In this document: positions 25,375-41,523 of the stretch, one piece after another
Layout of the letters: each line of letters begins with the position of its first letter
Numbering within the stretch: the stretch's first letter is position 1
Origin: an uncultured Pseudomonadota bacterium
GTDB taxonomy: Bacteria; Pseudomonadota; Gammaproteobacteria; Burkholderiales; SG8-39
Length of the DNA stretch: 64,000 nucleotides
Assembly: GCA_937907425.1 (NCBI GenBank)
Contig: CALCIE010000052.1
Coordinates: forward strand, 1,063-65,062
Direction: 5' to 3'
Notes under the pieces: generated by a model
Database searches by the model: none
What the model saw: the letters and a program-made list of their open reading frames with translations, nothing else
Told to the model about the DNA's origin: nothing
Program-made: the position numbers and the translations under genes

Positions 25375-25403
25375 AGTTTAAGGGGCGTGAGAGGCGCGGT
25401 CAA
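25375..25403 (-). promoter_or_regulatory. Candidate sigma70 promoter for the tRNA-Pro/Arg/His operon
   Basis: The minus strand reads TTGACC-17 nt-TAAACT, and the -10 ends 10 nt before the mature tRNA-Pro 5' end. Confidence 0.45.
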
Positions 25404-25431
25404 TCGCACAAACCCGTCAGGCAGGCGCGCT

Positions 25432-27937
<2,506 letters not shown>

Positions 27938-27946
27938 CTACCAGGC

Positions 27947-29113
27947 TCAGTCGCCCAGGGTCAGCTTGAATTCGCTGAACGACGCGCCGCTGGGCAGCAC
28001 CTCCGTGGGCTGGGAGATGGTGGGGGCGGGCGGGGGCGTCGCCGGACCCGTTTTGCCTTCGCTGTTGTTGATCAGCCACAGCAGGTTGTTGGCCGAGTCG
28101 GCGTGGGCGAGGGCTTCGTCCTTGGAAATGACCCCGTCCTTGTACATCCGGAACAGGGCCTGTTCGAAGGTCTGGGAGCCGGGCGAGAGGCTCTTCTCCA
28201 TCGCCTCCTTGATGCCGTTGATGTTGCCTTCCTCGATCAGCTCGGCGATGTGGCGGGTGTTGAGCATCACCTCCACGGCCGGCACGCGGCCGCCCTTGAG
28301 GCTGCGCACCAGCCGTTGCGAGATGATGCACTTCAGCGAGGCGGAAAGGTCCTGCAACAGCGCGGCCCTGTTCTCCAGCGGATAGAAGCTGATGATCCGG
28401 TTCAGCGCGTGGTAACTGTTGTTGGCGTGCAGCGTGGCCAGACACAGGTGGCCCGACTGGGCGTAGGCGATCGCCATGCTCATCGTTTCGCGGTCGCGGA
28501 TCTCGCCGATCAGGATCACGTCCGGCGCCTGGCGCAGCGCGTTCTTGAGCGCGACGTGGTAGGACTTGGCGTCGGTGCCGAGCTCGCGCTGGTTGACGAT
28601 CGAGCGCTTGTGCTTGAACAGGAACTCGATCGGATCCTCGATGGTGATGATGTGGCCGGACATCGTCGCGTTGCGGTGGTCGATCATCGCCGCGAGCGAG
28701 GTCGACTTGCCCGAGCCGGTGGCGCCGACCATGAGGATCAGGCCGCGCTTCTCCAGCACCACTTCCTTGAGGATGTCCGGCAACCCCAGCGTGTCGAAGG
28801 CGGGCACTTCGCTGGGGATGTAGCGCACCACGATCGCCGGGGTGGAGCGCTGCATGAAGCAACTGATGCGGAAGCTGCCCAGGCCGGGCACGGGGTAGGC
28901 GGTGTTGAGCTCGTAATTCTCCTCGAACTCGGCGATCTGCCGTTCGGTCAACACCTCCTGCATCATCGCCCGCACCATCTCCGGCTTGATGATCTGCTGG
29001 TTGACCGGGATGGTGTTGCCGTTGATCTTGATGCTGATCGGCGCGCCGACGGAAATGAAGATGTCGGAGGCATTTTTCTCCGCCATCAGTTCGAAGAGCC
29101 GTTTCATCGCCAT
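27947..29113 (-). CDS. pilU: PilT/PilU-family type IV pilus retraction ATPase (PilU-like)
   Basis: Walker A GATGSGKST, 'IITIEDPIEF', 'LRQAPDVILIGEIRD', 'GHLCLATLHANN' and the C-terminal 'ALAHADSANNL' closely track PilU. Confidence 0.8.
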   Translation of the reverse strand: MAMKRLFELMAEKNASDIFISVGAPISIKINGNTIPVNQQIIKPEMVRAMMQEVLTERQIAEFEENYELNTAYPVPGLGSFRISCFMQRSTPAIVVRYIPSEVPAFDTLGLPDILKEVVLEKRGLILMVGATGSGKSTSLAAMIDHRNATMSGHIITIEDPIEFLFKHKRSIVNQRELGTDAKSYHVALKNALRQAPDVILIGEIRDRETMSMAIAYAQSGHLCLATLHANNSYHALNRIISFYPLENRAALLQDLSASLKCIISQRLVRSLKGGRVPAVEVMLNTRHIAELIEEGNINGIKEAMEKSLSPGSQTFEQALFRMYKDGVISKDEALAHADSANNLLWLINNSEGKTGPATPPPAPTISQPTEVLPSGASFSEFKLTLGD

Positions 29114-29149
29114 ACGAGTCTTCCCTCCCGCCGCCGCGCCGGCGCGGCG

Positions 29150-29968
<819 letters not shown>

Positions 29969-30052
29969 AGCGGATAGATCGTCAGGGTTGAACGTAGGGA
30001 TAGCGCGCGTCCGGGGCTTTAGCCCCGGCGCGGCGATGCCGGGCGGCCGCAA

Positions 30053-31243
30053 TCAGAGCGACTGCGCATAGGCGTTCAGCCGCTTGAGGCCTTCGATGCA
30101 TTCCTTGAGCGGCGCGACCAGGGCCACGCGGATGTAGTGCGCGCCCGGGTTGACGCCGTGCGCCTCACGGGCGAGGTAGCTGCCGGGCAGCACCGAGACA
30201 TTGTAGGCTTCGTACAGTCCCTGCGCGAACCGGGCATCGTCGATGGGCGTACGGATCCACAGGTAGAAACCGCCCTCCGGCATTTCCGTTTCCAGGGGCT
30301 TGGCCACGAGTTCGCGCGCGGCGGCGAACTTCTCGCGATAGAGCCGGCGGTTCTCGACCACGTGCGTCTCGTCGCGCCAGGCGGCCTCGCTTGCCTCCTG
30401 CACCGAAGGGCTCATGGCGCTGCCGTGATAGGTGCGGTAGAGCAGGAACTGCCGCAGCAGTTTGGCGTCCCCCGCGACGAAGCCCGAACGCATGCCCGGC
30501 ACGTTGGAGCGCTTCGACAGGCTGGAGAACACCAGCAGGCGCGGAAAGCCCGTGCGGCCCAGGCGGTTGGCTGCCTCCAGGCCGCCGAGCGGCGGCTTTT
30601 TCTCGTCCAGGTAGAGTTCCGAGTAGCACTCGTCGGACACGATCACGAAGCCGTAGCGGTCGGACAGCTCGAAGAGCTTGCGCCATTGCTCCATGCTCAT
30701 GACCTTGCCGGTCGGATTGCTGGGCGAGCAGCAGTAAAGGAGCTGCACGCGCTGCCAGACCGATTCCGGCACCTCGCCGTAGTCGATCTCGAAGCCGTTC
30801 TCGCGGCAGGCGTTGACGTAATAGGGCGTGGCGCCAGCCAGCAGCGCCGCCCCCTCGTAAATCTGGTAGAAGGGGTTGGGGCACACGACCACGGGGTCGC
30901 GGCTGCGGTCGATCACGGTCTGGGCGATGGCGAACAGCGCCTCGCGCGAGCCGTTTACCGGCAGCACTTGGCTCAAGGCGTCGATCTTGGGCAGGTCATA
31001 GCGGATCTGCAGCCAGTCGGCGATGGCATGGCGCAGGCTCTCGGAGCCGGCCGTGGCCGGATAGGCCGACAGGCCGTCCAGGTTGTCGGCCAGCGTCTGC
31101 CGGATGAATTCCGGCGTCGGATGCTTGGGCTCGCCGATGGACAGATTGATGGGCGCGTACTTCGGATCGGGCCGGACGTCCGCGTACAGTTGGCGCAGCT
31201 TTTCGAAGGGGTAGGGCTGCAGCTTGCCGAGATCGGGATTCAT
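30053..31243 (-). CDS. dapC: Succinyldiaminopimelate aminotransferase (DapC type)
   Basis: 'LQPYPFEKLRQL', 'NLSIGEPKH', 'CSPSNPTG' and the PLP lysine context 'SLSKRSNVPGMRSG'. Adjacent to dapD. Confidence 0.85.
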   Translation of the reverse strand: MNPDLGKLQPYPFEKLRQLYADVRPDPKYAPINLSIGEPKHPTPEFIRQTLADNLDGLSAYPATAGSESLRHAIADWLQIRYDLPKIDALSQVLPVNGSREALFAIAQTVIDRSRDPVVVCPNPFYQIYEGAALLAGATPYYVNACRENGFEIDYGEVPESVWQRVQLLYCCSPSNPTGKVMSMEQWRKLFELSDRYGFVIVSDECYSELYLDEKKPPLGGLEAANRLGRTGFPRLLVFSSLSKRSNVPGMRSGFVAGDAKLLRQFLLYRTYHGSAMSPSVQEASEAAWRDETHVVENRRLYREKFAAARELVAKPLETEMPEGGFYLWIRTPIDDARFAQGLYEAYNVSVLPGSYLAREAHGVNPGAHYIRVALVAPLKECIEGLKRLNAYAQSL

Positions 31244-31248
31244 ATCGT

Positions 31249-31665
31249 CTAGCGGATGTTGGACTGGGCCTGGAAGCTGATCGCGGGAATGTCGATTTGC
31301 GGCACCCAGCCCGCCTTACGGTGTTCGGCGACCACGGTGGTGAAAATGCCGCCGCGCACGTAGAACTTCGCCGTCAGGCGCATGAAGCGCGGATCGAGCA
31401 GTTGCACCAGATCGCCCAGGATCTTGTTGGTGACCGCCTCGTGGAAGGTGCCCTGGTCGCGGTAGGACCAGATATAGAGCTTGAGGCTCTTCAACTCCAC
31501 GCACCGCTGATCGGCGACATAGTCCAGATACAGCACCGCGAAATCCGGCTGCCCGGTCACGGGACACAGGCAGGTGAATTCCGGGATTTCCATATGAATC
31601 AGATAATCCCGTTCCGGCGCCGGGTTCGGGAAGTGCTGCAGGTCGGTACTGGGTTGGGTCGGCAT
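31249..31665 (-). CDS. queF: NADPH-dependent 7-cyano-7-deazaguanine reductase (unimodular QueF)
   Basis: The '[14 protein letters not shown]' catalytic Cys motif, 'LKLYIWSYR' and 'FHE' are QueF type I hallmarks. Confidence 0.9.
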   Translation of the reverse strand: MPTQPSTDLQHFPNPAPERDYLIHMEIPEFTCLCPVTGQPDFAVLYLDYVADQRCVELKSLKLYIWSYRDQGTFHEAVTNKILGDLVQLLDPRFMRLTAKFYVRGGIFTTVVAEHRKAGWVPQIDIPAISFQAQSNIR

Positions 31666-31681
31666 TTCGGAAAATTGGGCT

Positions 31682-31734
31682 TAAGGCGGTTCGGAAGCGG
31701 GTGGTATTATACGGCCCGCTTTCCAACCGCCTTA
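31682..31734. promoter_or_regulatory. 53-nt near-perfect inverted repeat (19 bp of pairing, two 1-nt bulges) with TATAAT in the loop, in the queF-smc divergent region
   Basis: TAAGGCGGTT-c-GGAAGCGGG-tggtattatacgg-CCCGCtTTCC-AACCGCCTTA. On the minus strand the loop reads GTATAATACC (perfect -10), 41 nt upstream of the queF ATG. Confidence 0.4.
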
Positions 31735-31891
31735 TTGTGAGAAGAGAAGCGGCAGAGGACAGCGCAGCCGGGACCGGGTCCACAGGTCTATGCGTACGAC
31801 GAGAGGAGTGCGCCGTACGCGCAGCCGGCGACCGGCCGCGGACCGCCGGTAGCCCGGACTGTTTCCTTGCCCATCCACAGCTTCGTCGATC

Positions 31892-34800
31892 GTGCGTCTA
31901 ACTCAACTAAAACTCGCCGGATTCAAATCCTTTGTCGACCCGACCACCATCCACGTCCCGGGCAAGCTGGTCGGGATCGTGGGGCCGAACGGCTGCGGCA
32001 AATCCAACATCATCGATGCCGTGCGCTGGGTGCTGGGCGAATCGAAGGCTTCCGCCCTGCGCGGCGAGTCGATGCAGGACGTCATTTTCAACGGCTCGAC
32101 GCTGCGCAAGCCGGTGGCGCGCGCTAGCGTCGAGCTCGTGTTCGACAACAGCCTCGGCAAGGCAGCCGGCCAGTGGTCGCAGTACGCCGAGATTTCGGTC
32201 AAGCGCGTACTGACCCGCGACGGCGAATCCTCCTACTGGATCAACAACACCCAGGTCCGCCGCCGCGACGTGCAGGACATCTTCCTGGGTACCGGCGTGG
32301 GCCCGCGTGCATACGCCATCATCGAGCAGGGGATGATCTCCCGCGTGATCGAGGCCAAGCCCGAGGAGCTGCGCATCTTTCTGGAAGAGGCGGCGGGGGT
32401 TTCCAAATACAAGGAACGGCGGCGCGAGACCGAGCACCGGCTGGAGGATACGCGCGAGAACCTCGCCCGGGTCGAGGACATCCGCAGCGAGCTCGCCGGC
32501 CAGATCGAGAAGCTGACCCAGCAGGCCGAAGTTGCTAAGCAGTACAAGAACTACCAGGCCGAGGCGCGCGACAAGCAGAACCTGCTCTGGTATCTGCGCA
32601 AGCAGGACGCCGAAGCCGAGGCGCAGCGCCTGCAGCGCGAGATCGACCAGGCGGTCAACGCCCTCGAAGCCGAAACCGCGCGTCTGCGCGAAATCGAAGC
32701 GCGGCTGGAAGCGGTGCGTGCCGAGCACTATGCCGCCGCCGATGCCGTGGCCGCCGCGCAGGGCGAGTTCTACAGCGTCAACACCGAAGTCTCGCGCCTG
32801 GAAACCGAGATCCGCTACGTCAGCGAAAAGCGCCAGCGCCTGGAGGCGCAGGTCGCGCAGCTCGAACAGCAGATCGAACAGTGGCAGCGCCAGCGCGAAG
32901 AGCTGGGCGAAGCGCTCGGCATGTGGCGCAGCCGGCGCGAGCAGGCCGCCGAGCGCATCGCCCTGGCGCAGGCGCGCGTCGACGAAGAACAGGCGAGGCT
33001 GCCCGAGGCGGACGAAGCTTTCCGCGCCTCGCAGGCGAGTTTGAACGAGGCGCGCGACGCCATCGCGCGCGCCGAACAGGCCTTCCGGGTCGAGCAGACC
33101 CACCTCGAACACGTCGGCAAGACCATCCAGCAGCTGGAGGTGCGCGAGGAACGGCTCATCGCCGAGCGCGAGGGGCTGGTCGAGCCGGACCAGGCGCGCC
33201 TTGAGGAATTGCAGGAATCGATCGCGCTCGCCGAGGCGGAGCTTGCCGAATGCGGTGAACGCATCCGCGCGCTGCAGGAGGAGCTGCCGCAACTGGAGGC
33301 GGCCCGTGCCGAGGCCTTGCAGCGGCTGCAGGAACTGCAGCGCGAAGGCCATACCCTCGAAGGCCGGCTCAGCACCCTGCAGAAAATCCAGGCGCAGGTC
33401 GAACAGAACGGCAAGATCCAGGACTGGCTGGAGAAATACGACCTGCAGCACCTGCCCCGACTGTGGCAGAAGATCACGGTCGAACCGGGCTGGGAGGTGG
33501 CCGTCGAGTCGATCCTGCGCGAGCGGCTGCACGCGCTCGAACTGTCCGATCCCGACGTGCTGCAGCGGCTGCTCGAGGATGCGCCGCAGGCCAAGCTCAG
33601 CGTCTACGGCCGCGAAATCGGCGCGGCGCCTGCACAGCCCTACAACGAATTCCAGCCGCTCTCGGCCCTGGTGCGCTGCAACGACGAGGCCGTACGCGCC
33701 GTGGTGGAGGACTGGCTGCACGGCTGCTACGCGGTCGAAGGCGTGCCGCGCCTGATGACGCGCCTTGCGCTGCCGCCCGGCACGGTGCTGGTGAACCGCG
33801 AAGGCCACCAGTTCACGCGCTACGCCGTGGCGTTCCACGGCCCGGACACCGGCGACGCGGGCATCCTGGCGCGTCAGCGCGAGATCGAAGGTCTGACGGA
33901 GGAAGTCGCCCGCAGCGCGCAGCGCATCGAAGAGGCGCGGCGTGCGCAGGAGGAAGCCGAGCGCGCCCTTGCCGAGCGGCGCGCCCGGCTCGCCGAGCTG
34001 CAATCGCGCGAAGCCGGACACAACCGCGAACGCCACGCGTTGCAGATGGAACTGCTCAAGCTCACCGAGGGCGTGACGCGGGTGCGCGAGCGTCGCGCGC
34101 AGATCGATCAGGAGCTGGAGGAACTGCGCGCGCAGAAGGAGGCCGAGCAGGAGCAGCAGGCCCAGGCCGAAGCGAATCTCGAACGCCACCAGGCCGAGAT
34201 CGACGAGCTCTACATGCGCTACGAAAGCGTGAAGGCGGCCTACGACGCGGCCGGTCAGGCGCTGGAGCGGCAGCGCCAGGCGGTGCAGGCGGCCGAGCGC
34301 GAACTGCAGGAAGCGCATTTCGCCGAGCGCGAATGCGCCGGCAAGGTGGCCGAGATCGAGCGTTCGATCGAGAATCTCGCCGAGCAGATCGAACGCGCCC
34401 GGGAAGGCCGCGAGGCCGCGCAGGCCGAATTGCAGGACGTGCGCGACGAGGGCCTGCGCGAGCAGCTGCAGGCAATCCTCGAACAGCGCAGCGAACGCGA
34501 ACAGCGCCTCGCCGAAGCGCGCGACCGTCAGGAGGAACTGACCCAGGCACTGCGTGAAGCCGACGAGGAGCGTCTCGCCTGCGAACAGAACCTGCAGCCG
34601 CTGCGCGACCGCATCGGCGAGCTGCGGCTGAAGGAACAGGCCGCGCGCCTCAACTACGATCAGTACGCCGAGCAGCTTGCGGCGGCCAATGCCGACGAAG
34701 CGCTGCTCGCGCAAATGGCGGAACAGAACAAGCAGCGCCCCAACGCGCTGCAGGCCGAGATCAACCGCCTCAACCAGTTGATGAGCGATCTGGGCGCCAT

Positions 34801-35413
34801 CAACATGGCGGCGCTGGAGGAACTGGCCGCGGCCACCGAGCGCAAGGCCTTCCTCGATTCCCAGGCCGAGGACCTCACCCAGGCGCTCGAGACGCTGGAA
34901 AACGCCATCCGCCGCATCGACCGCGAGACACGCGAGAAGCTGCAGCAGACCTTCGACGAGGTGAACGGCCATTTCAGCCGCATGTTCCCGGCCCTGTTCG
35001 GCGGCGGCGAGGCGAAACTGGTGATGACCGGCGACGAGATTCTCGACGCCGGCATCGAGGTCCATGCCCATCCGCCGGGCAAGCGTAATTCGAGCATTCA
35101 TCTGTTGTCCGGCGGCGAAAAGGCGCTCACGGCGATCGCGCTGGTGTTCTCGCTGTTCCAGTTGAACCCGGCGCCGTTCTGTCTGCTCGACGAGGTGGAC
35201 GCGCCGCTCGACGACACCAACACCGAGCGTTTCTGCGACCTGGTGCGCAAGATGTCGGAGCACACCCAGTTCCTGTTCATCAGCCACAACAAGATCACCA
35301 TGGAGATGGCCGAGCAGCTCATCGGCGTCACCATGCAGGAGCAGGGCGTCTCGCGCGTCGTGGCGGTGGATATCGAAGAAGCGATGCGTATGAAGGATTC
35401 GGTGGCGGCGTGA
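31892..35413 (+). CDS. smc: Chromosome segregation protein SMC
   Basis: Walker A GPNGCGKSNIIDA, long coiled coils flanking a hinge, signature LSGGEKALTAIAL, Walker B CLLDEVDAPLD. GTG start. Confidence 0.92.
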   Translation: MRLTQLKLAGFKSFVDPTTIHVPGKLVGIVGPNGCGKSNIIDAVRWVLGESKASALRGESMQDVIFNGSTLRKPVARASVELVFDNSLGKAAGQWSQYAEISVKRVLTRDGESSYWINNTQVRRRDVQDIFLGTGVGPRAYAIIEQGMISRVIEAKPEELRIFLEEAAGVSKYKERRRETEHRLEDTRENLARVEDIRSELAGQIEKLTQQAEVAKQYKNYQAEARDKQNLLWYLRKQDAEAEAQRLQREIDQAVNALEAETARLREIEARLEAVRAEHYAAADAVAAAQGEFYSVNTEVSRLETEIRYVSEKRQRLEAQVAQLEQQIEQWQRQREELGEALGMWRSRREQAAERIALAQARVDEEQARLPEADEAFRASQASLNEARDAIARAEQAFRVEQTHLEHVGKTIQQLEVREERLIAEREGLVEPDQARLEELQESIALAEAELAECGERIRALQEELPQLEAARAEALQRLQELQREGHTLEGRLSTLQKIQAQVEQNGKIQDWLEKYDLQHLPRLWQKITVEPGWEVAVESILRERLHALELSDPDVLQRLLEDAPQAKLSVYGREIGAAPAQPYNEFQPLSALVRCNDEAVRAVVEDWLHGCYAVEGVPRLMTRLALPPGTVLVNREGHQFTRYAVAFHGPDTGDAGILARQREIEGLTEEVARSAQRIEEARRAQEEAERALAERRARLAELQSREAGHNRERHALQMELLKLTEGVTRVRERRAQIDQELEELRAQKEAEQEQQAQAEANLERHQAEIDELYMRYESVKAAYDAAGQALERQRQAVQAAERELQEAHFAERECAGKVAEIERSIENLAEQIERAREGREAAQAELQDVRDEGLREQLQAILEQRSEREQRLAEARDRQEELTQALREADEERLACEQNLQPLRDRIGELRLKEQAARLNYDQYAEQLAAANADEALLAQMAEQNKQRPNALQAEINRLNQLMSDLGAINMAALEELAAATERKAFLDSQAEDLTQALETLENAIRRIDRETREKLQQTFDEVNGHFSRMFPALFGGGEAKLVMTGDEILDAGIEVHAHPPGKRNSSIHLLSGGEKALTAIALVFSLFQLNPAPFCLLDEVDAPLDDTNTERFCDLVRKMSEHTQFLFISHNKITMEMAEQLIGVTMQEQGVSRVVAVDIEEAMRMKDSVAA

Positions 35414-35448
35414 GCCCGCGTCGTCGCGACTGAACGGGGAAGTCACGC

Positions 35449-38606
<3,158 letters not shown>

Positions 38607-38611
38607 GTGCA

Positions 38612-39493
38612 ATGATGCCCATAACGAAAGCCGTCTTCCCGGTCGCAGGCTTCGGAAGCCGTTTCCTGCCGGCGACCAAGGCGAGTCCCAAGGAAATGAT
38701 GCCGGTGGTGGACAAGCCGCTCATCCAGTACGCGGTGGAGGAAGCGGTCGCCGCGGGCTGCACCGAAATGATCTTCATCACCGGCCGTCACAAGCGCGCC
38801 ATCGAGGACCATTTCGACAAGGCCTACGAAATCGAGAACGAACTGGCCACGCGCGGCAAGCAGGAGCTGCTGGAAGTGGTGCAGGGCATCCTGCCCAAGC
38901 ACGTGAACTGCATCTACATCCGCCAGCCCGAACAGCTCGGTCTCGGTCACGCGGTGCTGTGCGCCCAGCCGATCGTGAACAACGAGCCCTTCGCGGTCAT
39001 CCTGGCCGACGACCTGATCGACGCGCGCGTGCCGGTCATGAAGCAGATGACCGATCTCTTCAACCGCGAAGGCCGCTCGCTGCTGGGCGTCATGGAAGTC
39101 CCGCGCGACCAGACCGGCAGCTACGGCATCGTGCGTTCGACGCGCATCGACGACCGGCTGGAATCCATCGAGGCGATCGTGGAAAAACCCAAGCCTGCCG
39201 AGGCGCCTTCCAACCTCGCGGTCATCGGCCGCTATGTGCTGACGCCGCGCATCTTCCATCATCTGCGCAACGTCCGGCCCGGCGCCGGCGGCGAGATCCA
39301 GCTCACCGATGCCATCGCCTCGTTGCTGCGCGAAGAGCGCGTGTTCGCCTATCGCTTCGAAGGCACGCGCTACGACTGCGGTTCCAAGCTCGGCTATCTG
39401 CAGGCCACCGTCGCCTTCGGCCGCAAACATCCGGAAGTCGGTCAGGAGTTCGACGCCTGGCTGCGCGCGGGCGGCGAAGCCGCGGCCGCCTGA
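38612..39493 (+). CDS. galU: UTP--glucose-1-phosphate uridylyltransferase
   Basis: '[24 protein letters not shown]', '[12 protein letters not shown]', 'VEKP'. ATG 38612 is preferred over the track's GTG 38603. Confidence 0.9.
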   Translation: MMPITKAVFPVAGFGSRFLPATKASPKEMMPVVDKPLIQYAVEEAVAAGCTEMIFITGRHKRAIEDHFDKAYEIENELATRGKQELLEVVQGILPKHVNCIYIRQPEQLGLGHAVLCAQPIVNNEPFAVILADDLIDARVPVMKQMTDLFNREGRSLLGVMEVPRDQTGSYGIVRSTRIDDRLESIEAIVEKPKPAEAPSNLAVIGRYVLTPRIFHHLRNVRPGAGGEIQLTDAIASLLREERVFAYRFEGTRYDCGSKLGYLQATVAFGRKHPEVGQEFDAWLRAGGEAAAA

Positions 39494-39632
39494 ACGACCC
39501 GATCCCTCTTCCTTGCGGCATGCCCGGGTCCGTCCGCGCGGCCCGGGGCCGAAATCCGTTTCGCGCGCCGGATGTGCTCGCGGGCGAGTTTCCCTATACT
39601 TGGGCCCCGTTTGCACGGCAGCGGAGCGCCGC

Positions 39633-40178
39633 ATGATGACGAAGGAAGAAGCCTGGCGGATGCTGAACGAGGCGGAGCTCGTCTGCACGCCCGACCAGGT
39701 CGAACAAGCGATCGGACGCCTGGGCGACGAAATCGCCGCGCGCCTGCACGAGCGTTTCCCGCTCGTGCTGTGCGTCATGAACGGCGCCCTGTACTTCTGC
39801 GGCAAGCTGTTGCCGCATCTGCGGTTCCCGCTTACGCTCGACTACGTCCACTGCTCGCGCTACGGCGAAGGCATCGACGGACGCGAGATCCGCTGGAAAG
39901 TCCCGCCGCCCGCGCACGTGAAGGGCCGTGCGGTGCTGGTGCTCGACGACATCCTCGACGAGGGCCATACGCTGGCGGCGATCAAGGCGCGCGTGCTCGA
40001 ACTGGGCGCGGTCTCCTGCGACATCGCGGTACTGACCGAAAAGCAGACGGGGCGGCCCAAGCCCGTGCAGGCCGATTTCGTCGGGCTAGAAGTGCCGGAC
40101 CGCTTCGTCTTCGGCTGCGGGCTGGACGCCTACGGCCTGTGGCGCAACCTGCCGGCGATCTACGCCTTGAAGGCCTGA
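39633..40178 (+). CDS. hpt: Hypoxanthine-guanine phosphoribosyltransferase
   Basis: PRPP-binding loop 'VLVLDDILDEGHTL' and 'FVFGCGLDY'-type C-terminus (FVFGCGLDAYGLWRNLP). The upstream part of the track ORF overlaps galU out of frame. Confidence 0.8.
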   Translation: MMTKEEAWRMLNEAELVCTPDQVEQAIGRLGDEIAARLHERFPLVLCVMNGALYFCGKLLPHLRFPLTLDYVHCSRYGEGIDGREIRWKVPPPAHVKGRAVLVLDDILDEGHTLAAIKARVLELGAVSCDIAVLTEKQTGRPKPVQADFVGLEVPDRFVFGCGLDAYGLWRNLPAIYALKA

Positions 40179-40223
40179 GCCGGATTCGCGCCGGCTTTCC
40201 GCAAGCATTCGAACGGATTCATC

Positions 40224-40967
40224 ATGTTGGCAATCATCGGCGGCAGCGGCCTCACCAAGCTGAGCAACCTCGACGTCACCTATCGCAAGGCCACGCGTAC
40301 GCCTTACGGCGAACCCTCGGGCGCGCTGACTTTCGGCAAGATCCGCGGACGGGATGTGATCTTCCTCGCGCGTCACGGCTACGGCCACACCATCCCGCCG
40401 CACGAGGTGAACTACCGCGCCAATATCTGGGCGCTGCAACAGGAAGGCGTCAAACAGGTGATTTCGGTCGCATCGGTGGGCGGCATCCGTGCCGACCTCG
40501 TGCCCGGCACCCTGGTGGTGCCCGACCAGATTCTCGATTACACCTGGGGGCGGCCCTCCACCTTCTTCGACGGCGGCGGCGACGGCCCGGTCGTGCACGT
40601 GGATTTCACCCATCCCTATTCGGAGCCGCTGCGGCAGGCTATCCTGCAGGCGGCGCGCGCCTGCGGGGAACCTATCGTCGACGGCGGCGTCTACGCTGCT
40701 ACGCAGGGGCCGCGGCTCGAAACGGCTGCCGAAGTCCGGCGCCTCGAGCGCGACGGCGCCGACATGGTCGGCATGACCGGCATGCCGGAAGCGGTGCTCG
40801 CGCGCGAACTGGAATTGCAGTACGCCACGATCGCGGTCGTGGTGAACTACGCCGCGGGCAAGGGCGACAGCGCGGACGGCATCCCCTTCGACCAGATCGA
40901 GTCCGCCCTCCAGGACACCGTTGCGCGCGCACGGCGCGTGCTCGAGGAACTGGTGGTGGCGCTATAA
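40224..40967 (+). CDS. S-methyl-5'-thioinosine / methylthioadenosine phosphorylase (PNP family)
   Basis: 'IIGGSG', '[23 protein letters not shown]', '[10 protein letters not shown]' and 'GADMVGMT' are MTAP/MTIP family motifs. Confidence 0.8.
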   Translation: MLAIIGGSGLTKLSNLDVTYRKATRTPYGEPSGALTFGKIRGRDVIFLARHGYGHTIPPHEVNYRANIWALQQEGVKQVISVASVGGIRADLVPGTLVVPDQILDYTWGRPSTFFDGGGDGPVVHVDFTHPYSEPLRQAILQAARACGEPIVDGGVYAATQGPRLETAAEVRRLERDGADMVGMTGMPEAVLARELELQYATIAVVVNYAAGKGDSADGIPFDQIESALQDTVARARRVLEELVVAL

Positions 40968-40986
40968 CAAGGAGCGCAGCTTCGTC

Positions 40987-41517
40987 ATGATCCGCGAAGT
41001 CCTGAGAATGGGCGATCCGCGCCTGTTGCAGAAGGCGCAGCCGGTGGAGCAGTTCGACACTCCGGAATTGCACGCGCTGATCCAGGACATGCGCGACACC
41101 ATGGCGCACCTCAACGGCGCGGGGCTGGCGGCGCCGCAGATCGGCGTCGGGCTGCAGGTGGTGATCTTCGGCGTCAAGCCGAGCCCCGGGCGGCCCGATA
41201 TCGAGGAAGTGCCGGACACGGTGCTCATCAACCCCACGCTCACGGCGCTCGGCAACGAGATGATCGAATCCTGGGAAGGCTGCCTGTCGGTGCCGGGAAT
41301 GCGGGGCCTGGTGCCGCGCTTCCGCCACATCCGCTACCAGGGCTTCGACGAGAAGGGCAACAAGATCGACCGCACGGTGGAGGGCTTCCACGCCATCGTC
41401 GTGCAGCACGAGGTCGATCATCTGCACGGCATCCTCTATCCCATGCGCATCCGCGATCTCTCGAACTTCGGTTTCGCGGACGTGCTCTTCCCCGGCCAGG
41501 CGCTCGAGGACGACTGA
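40987..41517 (+). CDS. def: Peptide deformylase
   Basis: Motifs [18 protein letters not shown] and HEVDHLHG. Confidence 0.92.
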   Translation: MIREVLRMGDPRLLQKAQPVEQFDTPELHALIQDMRDTMAHLNGAGLAAPQIGVGLQVVIFGVKPSPGRPDIEEVPDTVLINPTLTALGNEMIESWEGCLSVPGMRGLVPRFRHIRYQGFDEKGNKIDRTVEGFHAIVVQHEVDHLHGILYPMRIRDLSNFGFADVLFPGQALEDD

Positions 41518-41523
41518 GCGCGC

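Noticed and set aside
31666-31891. preQ1 riboswitch upstream of queF
   Set aside because: The only strong structure is a 53-nt symmetric hairpin. It lacks the short stem plus A-rich tail pseudoknot layout of preQ1-I/II/III as I recall them.
31907-35446. 1179-aa minus-strand ORF mirroring smc
   Set aside because: It is antisense to an unmistakable SMC (Walker A/B, signature motif). Its product is low-complexity Leu/Arg/Ala/Gly with no recognisable domain.
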